Notes under the pieces: model-generated
What the model was told of the DNA's origin: nothing
What the model saw: the letters and a program-made list of their open reading frames with translations, nothing else
Database searches by the model: none
Translations under genes and position numbers: made by a program
In this document: in pieces, positions 25,216 to 36,690 of the stretch
Position numbering within the stretch: the stretch's first letter is position 1
Layout of the letters: every line of letters starts with the position of its first letter
Assembly: GCF_006345805.1 (NCBI RefSeq)
Contig: NC_042997.1
Span: 19,840,001-19,904,000 of the forward strand
Source of the DNA: Octopus sinensis
Lineage: Eukaryota
Length of the DNA stretch: 64,000 nt
Direction of reading: 5' to 3'

Positions 25216-25982
25216 TATTTATCTTAAATGTAATATTCTAAATGCTTCCAAACTTATTTAATCTAACATTTAGTGACATTTTTAATTAACAAAGTAGTTT
25301 TCAACACCATTTTTTTAAAGAAATTCACCAAGAATTGCAACACCAAAAAAAATTGAAGCCCTGAAATCAATTACATACTGTTACATAATGATATTATTTG
25401 TAATGTTTGTTCATAATATTTTAAGAATATTTAATGAAATTTAGATTTTGTTAAGTATTGCAATTGACTTTTATTTATGTACATTTTTCTTGTTTTTGTA
25501 AATCATTTATGCCTTTAAGGTAATCACAACTATAGAAATTCACAAAAAAGTAACATCACCTTCCAGAAAGTATCTAGAATATTCTTTCAAATGAAAGGAC
25601 AAATTCCATTGGAAAGAAAATAATTTTTCTCTTTTTTTTTCTATATTAAATATATATCAGATTTGAGGATATCTTTTGATCCCTAAAATTGATACATTTG
25701 CATAATGGCAAAAGATACTGCTTGAAGTTTGTTTTGATTTCCAGAAACTTCCAATTATATAATCTGGATAAATTATCTTTAATTACATTATTTTAATAAA
25801 TGAATCATTTAAATTTGTTAAAACAAATAGGGAATTCATATTATGATTAAATAAGAAATTTCAGTCAACTAGAAATATTCTCCATATGCATATTCATGCG
25901 TGGAGGTATTCTAACACACATACATTATGTGTATGTGTGTGTGCGTATGTGTGTGTATAATGTATTATATACAGTATTAGAT

Positions 25983-26017
<35 letters not shown>

Positions 26018-26269
26018 TTGCTGAATTTCTCTAGAGAACATTCTTTTTTTTTGTAGTTAGATCATAAGTGATCTTCTTTTAGCATACTGGATGTCCACTT
26101 AGTGGTTATCCCTATTATACGCATGTATTAAAATTTTTCTGAATTTTCAAATTTTTCTATATGCTAGGCTACTGGTTTTAATTGATGTTAATTAAATTAA
26201 TATTCAATTTATCACCCTCGTTATTTAAATTATATATATATATATATTGGTACTGCTATAGGGAAGCTG

Positions 26270-26329
<60 letters not shown>

Positions 26330-26933
26330 TATATATACATAATTATACATATATATATATGAACAGAATTATAGTAGACTGCAAAGGGTAAAATGGATAA
26401 GATATTGGCTTCTTTGCTCCCAAATTTTTATACTCAATCACTTAGACAGAGCTAGACACTTGTACATTAATCTACATAGATGCAAATTAGCTCCCAAGGA
26501 AGAGACAGCTAAATAACAACTTGAGAGCTGATAAACAGTAGAATGATATAGTGTTCTAAGATTGCATCCTGCCAAAGTGTTTTATTCAATAAACACAAGA
26601 AGTGTGTCTGTCTTAGTTCAAAGTAATGTACCTATGACAAAAACATTACCTGACAGATTCCAGTAGCGAGAAATGTCAGTTCATATTAGTCTGTTCTCTT
26701 TATAAAGGTTTTTTTCCCATTTTTTTGTTGTCAGTTACATTAAAAATTTCCAACCAGTATCTTTAATCTAAAAAAGCAAAATTTGTATTGCTCTCCTACA
26801 ATCCCTAGAGAGTGTACAAAACATTAAAAACATTAAAGCTGTTTGAAAATACGATAGATTTAATAGGTATTGAAAATTCCCTTATTCACTTTTGATTCCC
26901 TATTAAAATGCATTATATATATATATATCTATA

Positions 26934-27570
26934 TATAATTTTAATCCAAACGGGAAAACAAAAAAACAACAACAATGGAACAATTACAGTATTATTATTA
27001 ATAGGCGCTCAGGAAATGGAAGCAGGAGGGTATGACGTTTCGAGCGAGCTCTTCGTCGGAACATAAAGAAGGAAGAGAGAGGAAAGAAAGATCCCAAAGC
27101 GGGCAGCAGGGATAGAGAAAAAAAACGACTGGTGTTTACGAGTTACACATGGTGAAGGCGGAAGTTTACGATAACAAGAGCAAAGTGGGTTTTTAAAGGC
27201 AAAAGAGTGGAGACAAGGTTGGTAACGCAAACAGTGTGTGTATGTGTGAGTGTGTGCGTGTGCGTGTGTGTATGTGTGTGTGTGAGGCGAGATAAAAAAA
27301 AACAAAAAATATATGTATGTGTTAGTGTGTGCGTCTGTGTGGGCGTGTGAGGTAGGGCGAGACAGTGGTCGGCATAGCAGACAAAGGTCAGTAGTAAGAA
27401 AAAAAGAAGGAAGGAGGAAGGGAGGGAGGGGAAGGGGTGGGGGCGTATGTAGCGTGCCAGCTGTGTGTTGAGTAGTAGTGTGTGTGTGTGTCCAGTGTCG
27501 TGGTAGTATTAATGGCGAGTAGATTGAATGTGTGTAAGAGTAATGTATATATTTAAGCAATGTGTGTATA
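26934..27570 (-). repeat. 3' pseudo-LTR of the PLE
   Basis: Near-identical to 33177-33821; differences are mostly 1-bp indels. Confidence 0.92.
27031..27066 (-). ncRNA. Minimal hammerhead-type motif (3' pLTR)
   Basis: Minus strand CCGACGA-A-GAGC-TC-GCTC-GAAA-CGTC-ATAC; core differs from CUGANGA at position 4; the stem II loop is only 2 nt in this copy. Confidence 0.55.
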
Positions 27571-27589
27571 TGTGTGCGCGTGTGTGTAA

Positions 27590-29940
27590 CAAAAAAGGGG
27601 GGGGGGTTAAGGAAAAAGGACTCCAGCTGAGGGGAAGATGGAAGAGTGGTCGCGGAGACGGGCGTGGGAAAACCAACGACAAGCGACGCGGTCCCAGGAA
27701 CGAGCGGGAGGTCTCGTCGGGTCCAAGAGCGAGGTGCATGCGGCGCGTATGCGTGCGCGAACCGGCGCAAGCGCGTGTGTGCGCGCGCCTGCGAGTATGC
27801 GCGTAAGTATGTAGTTGTATGTGTGTGGATGTGAGTGTGTCTGTGGTATGTCTGGGTGTCAGTGTGTCCGATGAATGTATGTGAGTATGTGTGTATATGT
27901 GTGTGCATAGATGTATGTCCGTGTGTGTGTGTGTGTGTGTATGTGTATGAGTGTGTATGTACGTGTGGGGTGTGGGGAAGTGTGTGTATGTGCATGTGTG
28001 TGCGCGTACATACAGTGTGTGTGAGTGAGTGTTGTGTGTGTGTATGTATGTGTGAGTGTGTATGTATGTGTGTGTAGGATGCATGTATATGTGTAGGGTG
28101 ATGTATGTGTGTGTGTATGTATGTATGTGTACGTGCGTGTGTGTGTGTATGCGTGTAGGTGTGCGCGTGTGCATGCATGCATGCATGTGTATGTGTGTGT
28201 GTGTGCATGTGTGTGGGTATATATGTATGTGCGTATATGTGTGTGTATGTGCGTACATGTGTGTGTGTGTATGCATGTGTGTGTATGTAGGTGTGTAGGC
28301 GTGTGTGTATAGGTGTATGTATGTATGTATGGGGTGTGTCCGTGTATGTGTGTGTATGTATGTGTGGTATGTAGGTGTGTGGCGTGTGTATATTGTGTGT
28401 ATGTAGGTGTGTGGGGTCGTGTGTATATAGGTGTATGTATGTATGTCTGGGTGTGTGTGTCGTGCATGTTTGTGTGTGTGTATGCATGTGTATGTAGGTG
28501 TGTGTGTACGGTGTAAGATGTGTGTATGCGTGTGTGTGTGCGTGTGTATGCGTGCGTGTGTGTATGTAGGTGCGTGTGTATGTGTGTGGGAGTGTAGTGT
28601 GTGTGTGCGTGTGCGTGTGCGTGTTATGTTGGTGTGTGCGTATGTGAGTGTGAGTGTATGGGTGTTTGTCATGCATGTGTGTGCGCGTGCAGGTGAGTGT
28701 GTGTGTAAGTATGTGTGTGTGTATGTTTGTGTGAGTGTGTATGTGTGTATGTCTGTGTGTATGTATGTGCGTATAGGAGTATGTAGGTATGTGTGTGTGT
28801 ATGTGTATGGGTGTATGTATGTGTGTGTGTGCATGTGTATAAGTATATGTGTGTGCGTATGTGTGTGTATGTGTATGTGTGTGTATTTATGTATGTGTGT
28901 ATGCATGTGTGTAGGCGTGTGTGTGTAGATGTATGTATGTATGGGTGTGTGTCTGTGTCTGTTTGTGTGTGTGTGTAGGTAGATGTGTGTGTCTGAGTGA
29001 GGGTATGGCTGTGTAGGTGTGTGTGTGTGAATGTAAGTGTGTGTGTATACAAGTGTAATGTATGTATGTAGGTGTGTGTGTGTGTGTATGTGTACGTGTG
29101 CGTGTGTATGTGTGTGTGTGTATGCGTGTGAGTGTGAGTGTATGGGTGTATGTCTGTGTGTGTGTGTATGTCTGAAGTAGGTATGTGTTGTGTGTATGTA
29201 TGTGTGTGTGTGTGCGGGTATGTGTGTGTGTGTGTGTATGTGTGTGTGTGAGTAGGTGTGCGTGTATGTATGTGGGTAGGGATGCATGCGAGTGTGTGTG
29301 GGTATGTATGCATACATACGCACGCGCACATCCGAAGCAAGCCCACACACACGAAGCGCGCTCACGCACACAACGCACAAGCAGTACAACGCAAGCCCAA
29401 GGGCCGACCAAGCCCCCAGCGCGCGCCAAGGCGCGCGAGCGCAAAGGCCCTCGAACGCCCCGCTGCGCGGGAACCGAGGATCCATCAGCCAAACCAAAAC
29501 CGGAAAGCAGAAAAGAGGGGGGGCTGCCTGATGCAAAAGGGTGTATGTGTGTGTGCATTCAGTGTAAGGGTGTGCATGTGTAGGTATGTATGTATGTGTG
29601 TGCCTACATGTATGTGTGCATGTGTGTGTGTGTGAAGTATGTACGTGCGGTGTTGTGTGTGTGAGTGTGTGTGTATGTATGTGCGTATGTATGTTGTGTA
29701 TGTGTGTATGTATGTCTGTGTGTGTGTGTGTGTGTGTGTAAGTATGTATGTGTGTGTGTATGTATGTATGTGTGTGTGTATGTGCATGTTGGTTTGTATG
29801 TTAGTGTGTGCATGTATGTCTATAAGTGTGTGTGATTAAATGTGTGAATGTATGTACGTAGATGGGTCTACGTATGTGTGGTGTGTTGAACAGGCGTGTG
29901 GGAGGTAGGTGGGTGGGTGTGTGTGGGTGGTGTATCCGGA
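27590..29940. repeat. Long degenerate (GT)n/(GTAT)n array with CpG-rich spacers inside the PLE 3' region
   Basis: Lies between the ORF stop (29961) and the 3' pLTR; GC-rich unique islands at ~27590-27795 and ~29300-29545. Confidence 0.9.
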
Positions 29941-29960
29941 AAAAAAAAAAAAAACGGATC

Positions 29961-32863
29961 TCAAGAGGAGGGGGCTGTGTTAAGTCCGTGTGGGGTGGTA
30001 GTTTGTAGGGTGAAGATGTAGCGTTGCTCCAAGTGGAGCCTGGAAAGTGGGCGACCATTGTGGGGGGCGAGACCAAACACTGAGATGTCATCTAGGGAAT
30101 GGCCGGCCGAGCGGAAGTGGCGTGCGACGGGAGAAAAAGAGTGTAGGCGAACGTCCCTCAAGTGTTCAGTGAAACGGTCGGACAACCGGCGTCCCGTCTG
30201 TCCTACATACAGCATCCCGCATAGGTTGCATTTAATGCAGTAAATAAGGCCAGACGAGGTGCACGTAAAGGAGTGCCTAATGCGTACAGTATGCAGGTTG
30301 GAGCCGGTGACAGCGGTGGTGTTGGTGATGAAGGGGCAAGTGTTGCAGCGGGATCTAGAGCAAGGAATGATCCGGTGGGGTGAGGGGAAGGAGAGAGGGT
30401 GCTGTGGACCAGGAGGTCACGCAGATTGCGGGCTCGTTTGAAAGAGGACAGGGGTGGGTTAGGGAAAATGGGGCGGGTGGTGGGATCAAGCTGGAGGCGA
30501 CGGAAGGCACGTAGTATCTTGCGACGAGGGTAGGGGTAGGGTAGAGGGGTGGAAAAGGAGGGGGAAGGGGTGCGGTTGGGGGGTGGGCGGGGGGAAGGAG
30601 ACAGGGCGGTAGTGCGGTCGATGCGACGGGCGCGGGTGAGGGCATCAGAGAGGAGTATGGGTGGGTAACCTCGTGAGTCTGAACATGCGGGCCAGGTATT
30701 GAGATTGGGTCTCGAAATCCTGGTCGCGGCTGCACAACGTCGGAGGCGGAGGAACTGGGGTAGGGGGGATGGCTCGTTGGTGTGGAAGGGGTGGGAGGAA
30801 GAGAAGTTGAGATAGAGGTGGGAATCCGTAGGTTTAAAGAAGGCGGTGGTGGTGTGAGAGAGTTGGAGGGGTGATCGATGCGGAGAGAGATGTCAAGGAA
30901 GTTGACAGAGGTGTTGGAGATGGTGGAGGTGATGAATTGAAGAGAGGGGTGAAAGTTGGAAAGGAAAGAGATGAATTGGCAGAGAAGTTCACGGGAAAGG
31001 GAGGTGGCACCTACGCAGTCGTCGATATAGCGACCGTATAGTTCGGGGGTCGGCCCAGAGAACTGGGAGAACACTTGGGCCTCAATGTAGCCAAGAAAGA
31101 GATTGGCGAAATTGGGGCCCATCCTAGTTCCCATCGCGACCCCGGACACCTGTTGGTACGTTTCCCCGGCGAACGTGAAGCAATTGAGGGTGAGGACGAG
31201 CTCAGCCAAACGGAGAAGGGTGGGGGTGCTGGGGGTGGGGTCGGGACGACGGTCGAGGAAGTGTTGGAGGGCTAGGAGACCGTCATTGTGGGGAATCACT
31301 GTGTACAGGGATTTTACATCTAAAGTGAAGAGGAGGTGTGAGGGGCTGGAAGGGAAGGAAAAAGGAATTGAAGAGACGGAGGGCGTGGTTGGTGTCGTGT
31401 ATGTGGGATGGGAGGGCTGCGACTAAGGGGGACAGGATGCGGTCGAGGTATAGGGAGATGAGTTCAGTGGGGCAATTACAGGCAGAGACTATGGGACGGC
31501 CAGGATTAGAGGGTTTATGGATCTTGGGAAGGAAGTAGATGGTGGAGGTGCGGGTGTGCGGACGATGAGGTGGTGGCGGTGAGGGGGAGAGCGGAGGAGG
31601 AGATGAGGTCGTGGATGGTGGAGGACACTCGCTGTGGTAGGAGGAGGTGGGATCGGAGGAGGAGGGGATCGGAGGGGAGGAGCGATAGAAGAGGGGATTT
31701 TGAAGCTGGTTGAGCGCTTCCTCCCTGTATAGGTCCGCGCGCCACACTACCACTGCCCGCCTTTGTCCGCCGGTTTGATGACAATGTCATCACGACGGAC
31801 GGCGGAGGTGGCGAAGGGCAATGGATTCGGCCGAGTGAGGTTGGCTCGGCGGGGTCTTGGTTCAAAGTTGAAACGGTGGACCCAAGCGTTGCAGTCATGT
31901 ACAAACGAATCTAGGCTACTGAAAAGGCCTGGGGGCGGCGTCCAGATGGATGGACGACGCCCAGCTCCAAAAGGCAATCCTGATTGTTGTGACGCTGCGG
32001 GGACGCGTGGTAGTATGCGCAAAGTTTGAGGCGGCGCAGGAACAGGTTGACGTCCGCCCGAGTCTCGAACTCATCACAGTGGCGCGTGAGTGGCGTGAAG
32101 CGGAGACCCTTACTGAGGAGGGAGCGCTCAGCGGCGGAGAGGGGAGGGTGGGGGGTATAGTGACAACAGCGCGAGGAAGCGGGGTGGTGGGTGGGAGGAC
32201 TAGGGGCAGGCGGAGGGGGCAGGGTGGTGGGGGGGTGTGAAGGGAGGGTAGGGGTGGTGGTTGGGTGAAGATGGGTTAGGCGTAGGAAGGTCACGGTGGG
32301 GGGGTCCGTGGAAGGGTGGGGTAGGTGGAAGGAGGGGGGAGGAGGGAGGGGGGGAACAGTGGGGGAGGATGGGGAGGAGGGGGGGTGAGGGGTGAGGAGG
32401 AGGTGGAGTTTTTGTTTTTTGTTTGTGTGTGAGGTAGTTGTAGAGTTGGTGGTTGAGATTAAGAATGAAGCGGAGGATAGGTTGGGTGAAGAGTGGAGGG
32501 CAGAGGGCGGAGAGAAGGAGGTAGGCCTTGGGAAGTTGATGGTCGAGGGAGTCAAGGAGGGGCGGGTGGTGGAGCGATGGTGGCGCGGAGGAGGGAGCGG
32601 GAGGTACGAGCGAGGGTGGGTTCGATGAAGGGGGAGAATAGGGGGTGTAGCGTGGAACTTCAAGAGGAAACCGCGGGGTGTGACATGATGGCGGAGGCAC
32701 CGGCTAGAAAGAGAAGAAAAGATGATGGCTAGAATGGCGGGTTTTCTTAAAAAGCAAGCGGGAAAGTTTATAGCAGGTGCGGAACATTGTGGGGGAAAGA
32801 ACGCGAGGTAGCGGCTGAGGGAGGGATTGAAGGTGTTGGGACGAACGAGTGCAAGTCAGGCAT
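29961..32863 (-). CDS. PLE polyprotein: Pro-rich N-terminus, reverse transcriptase, Cys linker, GIY-YIG endonuclease (several frameshifts in this assembly)
   Basis: Motifs in order: RCLRHHVTPRGFLLKFH; LSAAERSLLSKGLRFTP; DDIVIKPADKGG; YFLPKIHKPSNPGRPIVS; DVKSLYT; GVAMGTRMGPNFANLF; YGRYIDD (31018-31038); NFLDI; PCSRSRCNTCPF; LIYCIKCNLCGMLYVGQTGRRLSDRFTEH; PHGLN. Start position is approximate. Confidence 0.92.
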
Positions 32864-33176
32864 GATGAGAAGTGGTGGAAACAGGTAAAGGTGGGTGGTG
32901 GCGAAACAGGAAAAAGGAGAGACAACAGGAAAACAACAAAAGAGAAAAAAGGGTGAAGACGGTTTGAAAACAATAGAAAAAGTTGAAAAAAGTCAGGAAG
33001 AGATTTAGAGTCAACGGACAGATTAGGTAATGATTTTCAATCACGATAATGGCGGTACTCCGGAAGAAGGTTGCGGGTGATCCGTAGGTCAGGAAGAATG
33101 GTAACAATAATCCGTAGGTGCAAAAATCCGGGAATTGGTATCCAAGGTACAAGGGGTCCGTGTAGGCGCGCAGTGG

Positions 33177-33821
33177 TATAATTTTAATCCAAACGGGAAA
33201 ACAAAAAAACAACAACAATGGAACAATTACAGTATTATTATTAATAGGCGCTCAGGAAATGGAAGCAGGAGGTATGACGTTTCGAGCGGAGCTCTTCGTC
33301 GGAAACATAAAGAAGGAAGAGAGAGGAAAGAAAGATCCCAAAGCGGGCAACAGGGATAGAGAAAAAAAACGACTGGTGTTTACGAGTTACACATGGTGAA
33401 AGGCGGAAGTTTACGATAACAAGAGCAAAGTGGGTTTTTAAAGCAAAAGAGTGGAGACAAGGGTGGTAACGCAACAGATGTGTGTGTATGTGTGAGTGTG
33501 TGCGTGGTGCGTGTTGTGTATGTGTGTGTGTGAGGCGAGATAAAAAAACAAAAAAATATATGTATGTGTTAGTGTGTGCGTCTGTGTGTAGGCGTGTGAG
33601 GGTAGGGCGAGACAGTGGTAGGCATAGCAGACAAAGGTCAGTAGTAAGAAAAAGAAGGAAGGAGGAGAAGGAGGGAGGAGGGGAAAGGGTGGGGGCGTAT
33701 GTAGCGTGCCAGCGTGTGTTGAGTAGTAGTGTGTGTGTGTGTCCAGTGTCGTGGTAGTATTAATGGCGAGTAGATTGAATGTGTGTAAGAGTAATGTATA
33801 TATTTAAGCAATGTGTGTTAT
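33177..33821 (-). repeat. 5' pseudo-LTR of the PLE (cut off by the gap)
   Basis: Direct repeat of 26934-27570 that continues straight into the ORF-bearing body. Confidence 0.92.
33271..33308 (-). ncRNA. Minimal hammerhead-type motif (5' pLTR)
   Basis: Minus strand GTTT-CCGACGA-A-GAGC-TCC-GCTC-GAAA-CGTC-ATAC; palindromic ACGT stem III, GUC triplet, weak stem I. Confidence 0.6.
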
Positions 33822-33921
33822 NNNNNNNNNNNNNNNNNNNNNNNNNNNNNNNNNNNNNNNNNNNNNNNNNNNNNNNNNNNNNNNNNNNNNNNNNNNNNNN
33901 NNNNNNNNNNNNNNNNNNNNN
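33822..33921. other. Assembly gap (100 N)
   Basis: Run of N. Confidence 1.
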
Positions 33922-35609
33922 CATATGATGTGTTTTTCCACACATATTTTCTCTATAAGAATTTTCCCCTTGAGACAATTTTTGCAGTGTTTCTATGTCC
34001 AAGCATAGACAGATATGTTAAGAATGTACATCTCTCATTCTGTCTCTCACTCTCTCTCTTTCTCTCTCTCTCACTCTCTCTCTCTTTATCTCTCTCACTT
34101 ATTCTCTCCCTCTCTCTCTACTTATATATATATATGTATTTGTGTGTGTGTGTGAATGTACATATGTATGCATGCATGTACCTTAATTTCTGTGGAGTTT
34201 TAAGTGTGTCAAGGTGTATACATATGTATGATTATTATTACAGAGACAAAGTTGGTAATGTTCACAACACTGTTTAGTCCTCAAAAAAGCATCTTTATCA
34301 GTATACAATATATCATGAAGATACATGGTCTTGTGGTTAAGGTGCTTGGTTGAGGTTCAAACAATTGTGAGTTCAATTCCTAGATCAGACAGTGCATTTT
34401 GACTTTGAGCATCAAGTTTCTCTAGTCTACTCAACTATAATGAATATCTACTCTCCACCCTGCTGTTATATTCTGGATTCTCTACTAGAACAAGGGTGAA
34501 GGGCCAAAAATATGTCTTTGTTTCCTCACAACTATATAGGCACCTCAGATAAATTACAAAAGCATGGTTCATGTTATCAAGCCAATATTACCTGTAAGTG
34601 ATGTCTGGCTGTACTTTTGTAATCATATTCTCAACAACTTTGTAATTGTTTTGCTTTTCATATATATAAATTTAGATAAATAATAACATTTTTGGAATTT
34701 TTTATATCCTCAGTATTTTTTTCTCACAAGATATATATTACATATCATCACCATTTTATGTCTGTTTTTTTCATGCTAGCATGTGTTGGAGGAATCTCAA
34801 CCGTGTTTTGTGGTCTGCTACCACAACAGCTTCTTTATAGGATCCAGTTAGCTCAAGATATCATCAGGAGGAACCACATCCAGTTTCAGCCCCTACTCCT
34901 CAAACGTTTTGAGATGGCGGGGCCCCCATACTTTCGGAGGTGCCTTCAGCTCTGGTGTTGGGTGCATGTCTTCTTTCTCCTTCTTTCTTCTGTTCCCTGG
35001 CCTCTTCGATGTAGTGTCAGTGGATGACTGACTGTCTTGTCAATTTCCCTTTAAATACCTGCTGCTAGTCTCCAGCAGGCAGTCCCAGCAAGTTGTCACG
35101 TGACACTGTCTCAACTTTAACTGACCAATGAAGGCACATAGTCTTAGCCCACACATTCTCTAAACGAGACCGTCACCTGTCAATCAGTGAAGCTAATTCA
35201 GTGTCAGCTTGTCTCACCTAGTGATGTTATTTTCCTGCCGGCATGTTATGACTTTCATCATTACAATTCCATTCAACTCTTATTTACTTCCTAGAGTGAA
35301 AGAATCACATCTCACTTGTCTATTAAATTATAAAAACTCAAACATTATTACTAGTTATATAAAAATCTGGTCAATATAATCTTTAGTCATTTCAATAAAG
35401 AATATAAATTGATCATCAAAATTAGTTGAAGAATGAAGTCTTGATCCTATTTAGCAATGTATAAAAGAATATTCTTTAAGAAAAAAGTGGGTGATAATCA
35501 ATTGGATTGAATCACCGTTTTTTTTTGTATGGCCATATCTAGAATACTGCTGCCCACTGTAGTCCCTCCACACCAAACAAAACAATATAAGAATTGAGTC
35601 ACCTTAAAG

Positions 35610-36015
35610 AGCATTCACTAAAAAGTAAAAGGCATGACTGATCTTGATTATTGGGACCACCTTAAAACATTGAATCTTTTCTCTCCAGCACCTCATGAAT
35701 GCTACATCATTTGCACAGTGTGGAAAATATACCACCAGCATTGCTCAAATGACCTTAACATCAGATTCAGAATTAATCGAAGACTGGGGCTATGTGTCAT
35801 TTAGGCTACAAAATTTAGGCTCATAACACATAAATTCATTACAAAACAATGTCTTTTCTTTCAAAGGTCCAGATCCAGGTCTTACATTATCCCAAAATAA
35901 TCAAAGAGGAAAAAGACCCCATCTCCTTCAAATAAAACCTGGACAAATTTCTTCAAGGGATATCAGATTAGCCACCTATACCTGGAGACATCTCAGTCAA
36001 CAACAACTTCCTACT
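35610..36015 (+). mobile_element. Degenerate CR1/L2-type LINE 3' coding remnant
   Basis: Fragments LDYWDHLKTLNLFS / ECYIICTVWKIYHQHCSNDLNIRF / NVFSFKGP / LPKIIKEEKDPISFK*NLDKFLQ resemble the post-RT region of CR1/L2-group LINEs. Confidence 0.6.
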
Positions 36016-36223
36016 AGAATGGGACATGATACCACAAGACATGTCTAAAAATGACATAGCATATTCTATCAGGTGGTCCTGGCAAGTTAGTCATGACTAG
36101 AGCTGATCTTTTGATGAAACATGTCTAAGTTATCTATGTTACTGATATTATTTGATTAATTCTGGAACACTGAAAGACATTTACTCCCAGTAGGATTTGG
36201 ACTCAGAATGAGGATAGATAGAC

Positions 36224-36690
36224 TTCTTTATTGGCCATGCAGGGCTAGATACAGAAGGGACAAAATACAAAGTAAAGCTTTTCTTTTTGGGAAGAAGAGA
36301 AGGGGAAAAAAGGTGGGGGCGAATTCTGATCAAAAGGGAACGTGAAAAAAAAAGGTGGGTTCTGATCAAAAGGGATCGTGAAAAAAAAAAGTGAGGCCAA
36401 TCAATAGGGATTGTCTATCACAGAAATCATCATCATCATCTTTTAACATCCGTTTTCCGTGCTAGAACAGGTTGGACGGTTCGACTTGGGTCTGGGAAGC
36501 CAGGGGCAGCACCAGGCTCCAGTCTGATCTGGCAGTGTTTCTACAGCTGGATGCCCTTCCTAATGCCAACCACTCCACAAGTGTGTAAAAAGGGAAAACA
36601 GATTAGGTTTGTCCATGGATAGAAAAGCCTATAGGAAAGACCATGGGAACCTTAGGCAATAGTGTCATGCAAAAAGAAAACACATTACAG
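36224..36690 (-). mobile_element. Second L1/Tx1-like 3' UTR, interrupted by a family F copy (36425-36585)
   Basis: GATAGATAGAC-TTCTTTATTGGCC start, CTGATCAAAAGGGA repeats and GAAAAGCCTAT..GAAAGACCA.GG all match 22730-23000. Confidence 0.7.

Larger units (their letters stand above)
26934..33821 (-). mobile_element. Penelope-like retroelement (Neptune-like), pLTR-ORF-pLTR structure
   Basis: ~640-bp direct repeats at both ends; RT (YIDD) and GIY-YIG coding segments; hammerhead-type motif in each repeat; left end abuts (TA)n and right end runs into the gap. Confidence 0.93.

Noticed and set aside
27009-29536. 555-aa and 675-aa His/Thr-rich ORFs
   Set aside because: Artefacts of (CA)/(TACA) repeats in the PLE 3' region.
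31075-32732. Plus-strand Gly/Arg/Glu-rich ORFs overlapping the PLE
   Set aside because: Antisense shadows of the C-rich PLE coding strand.
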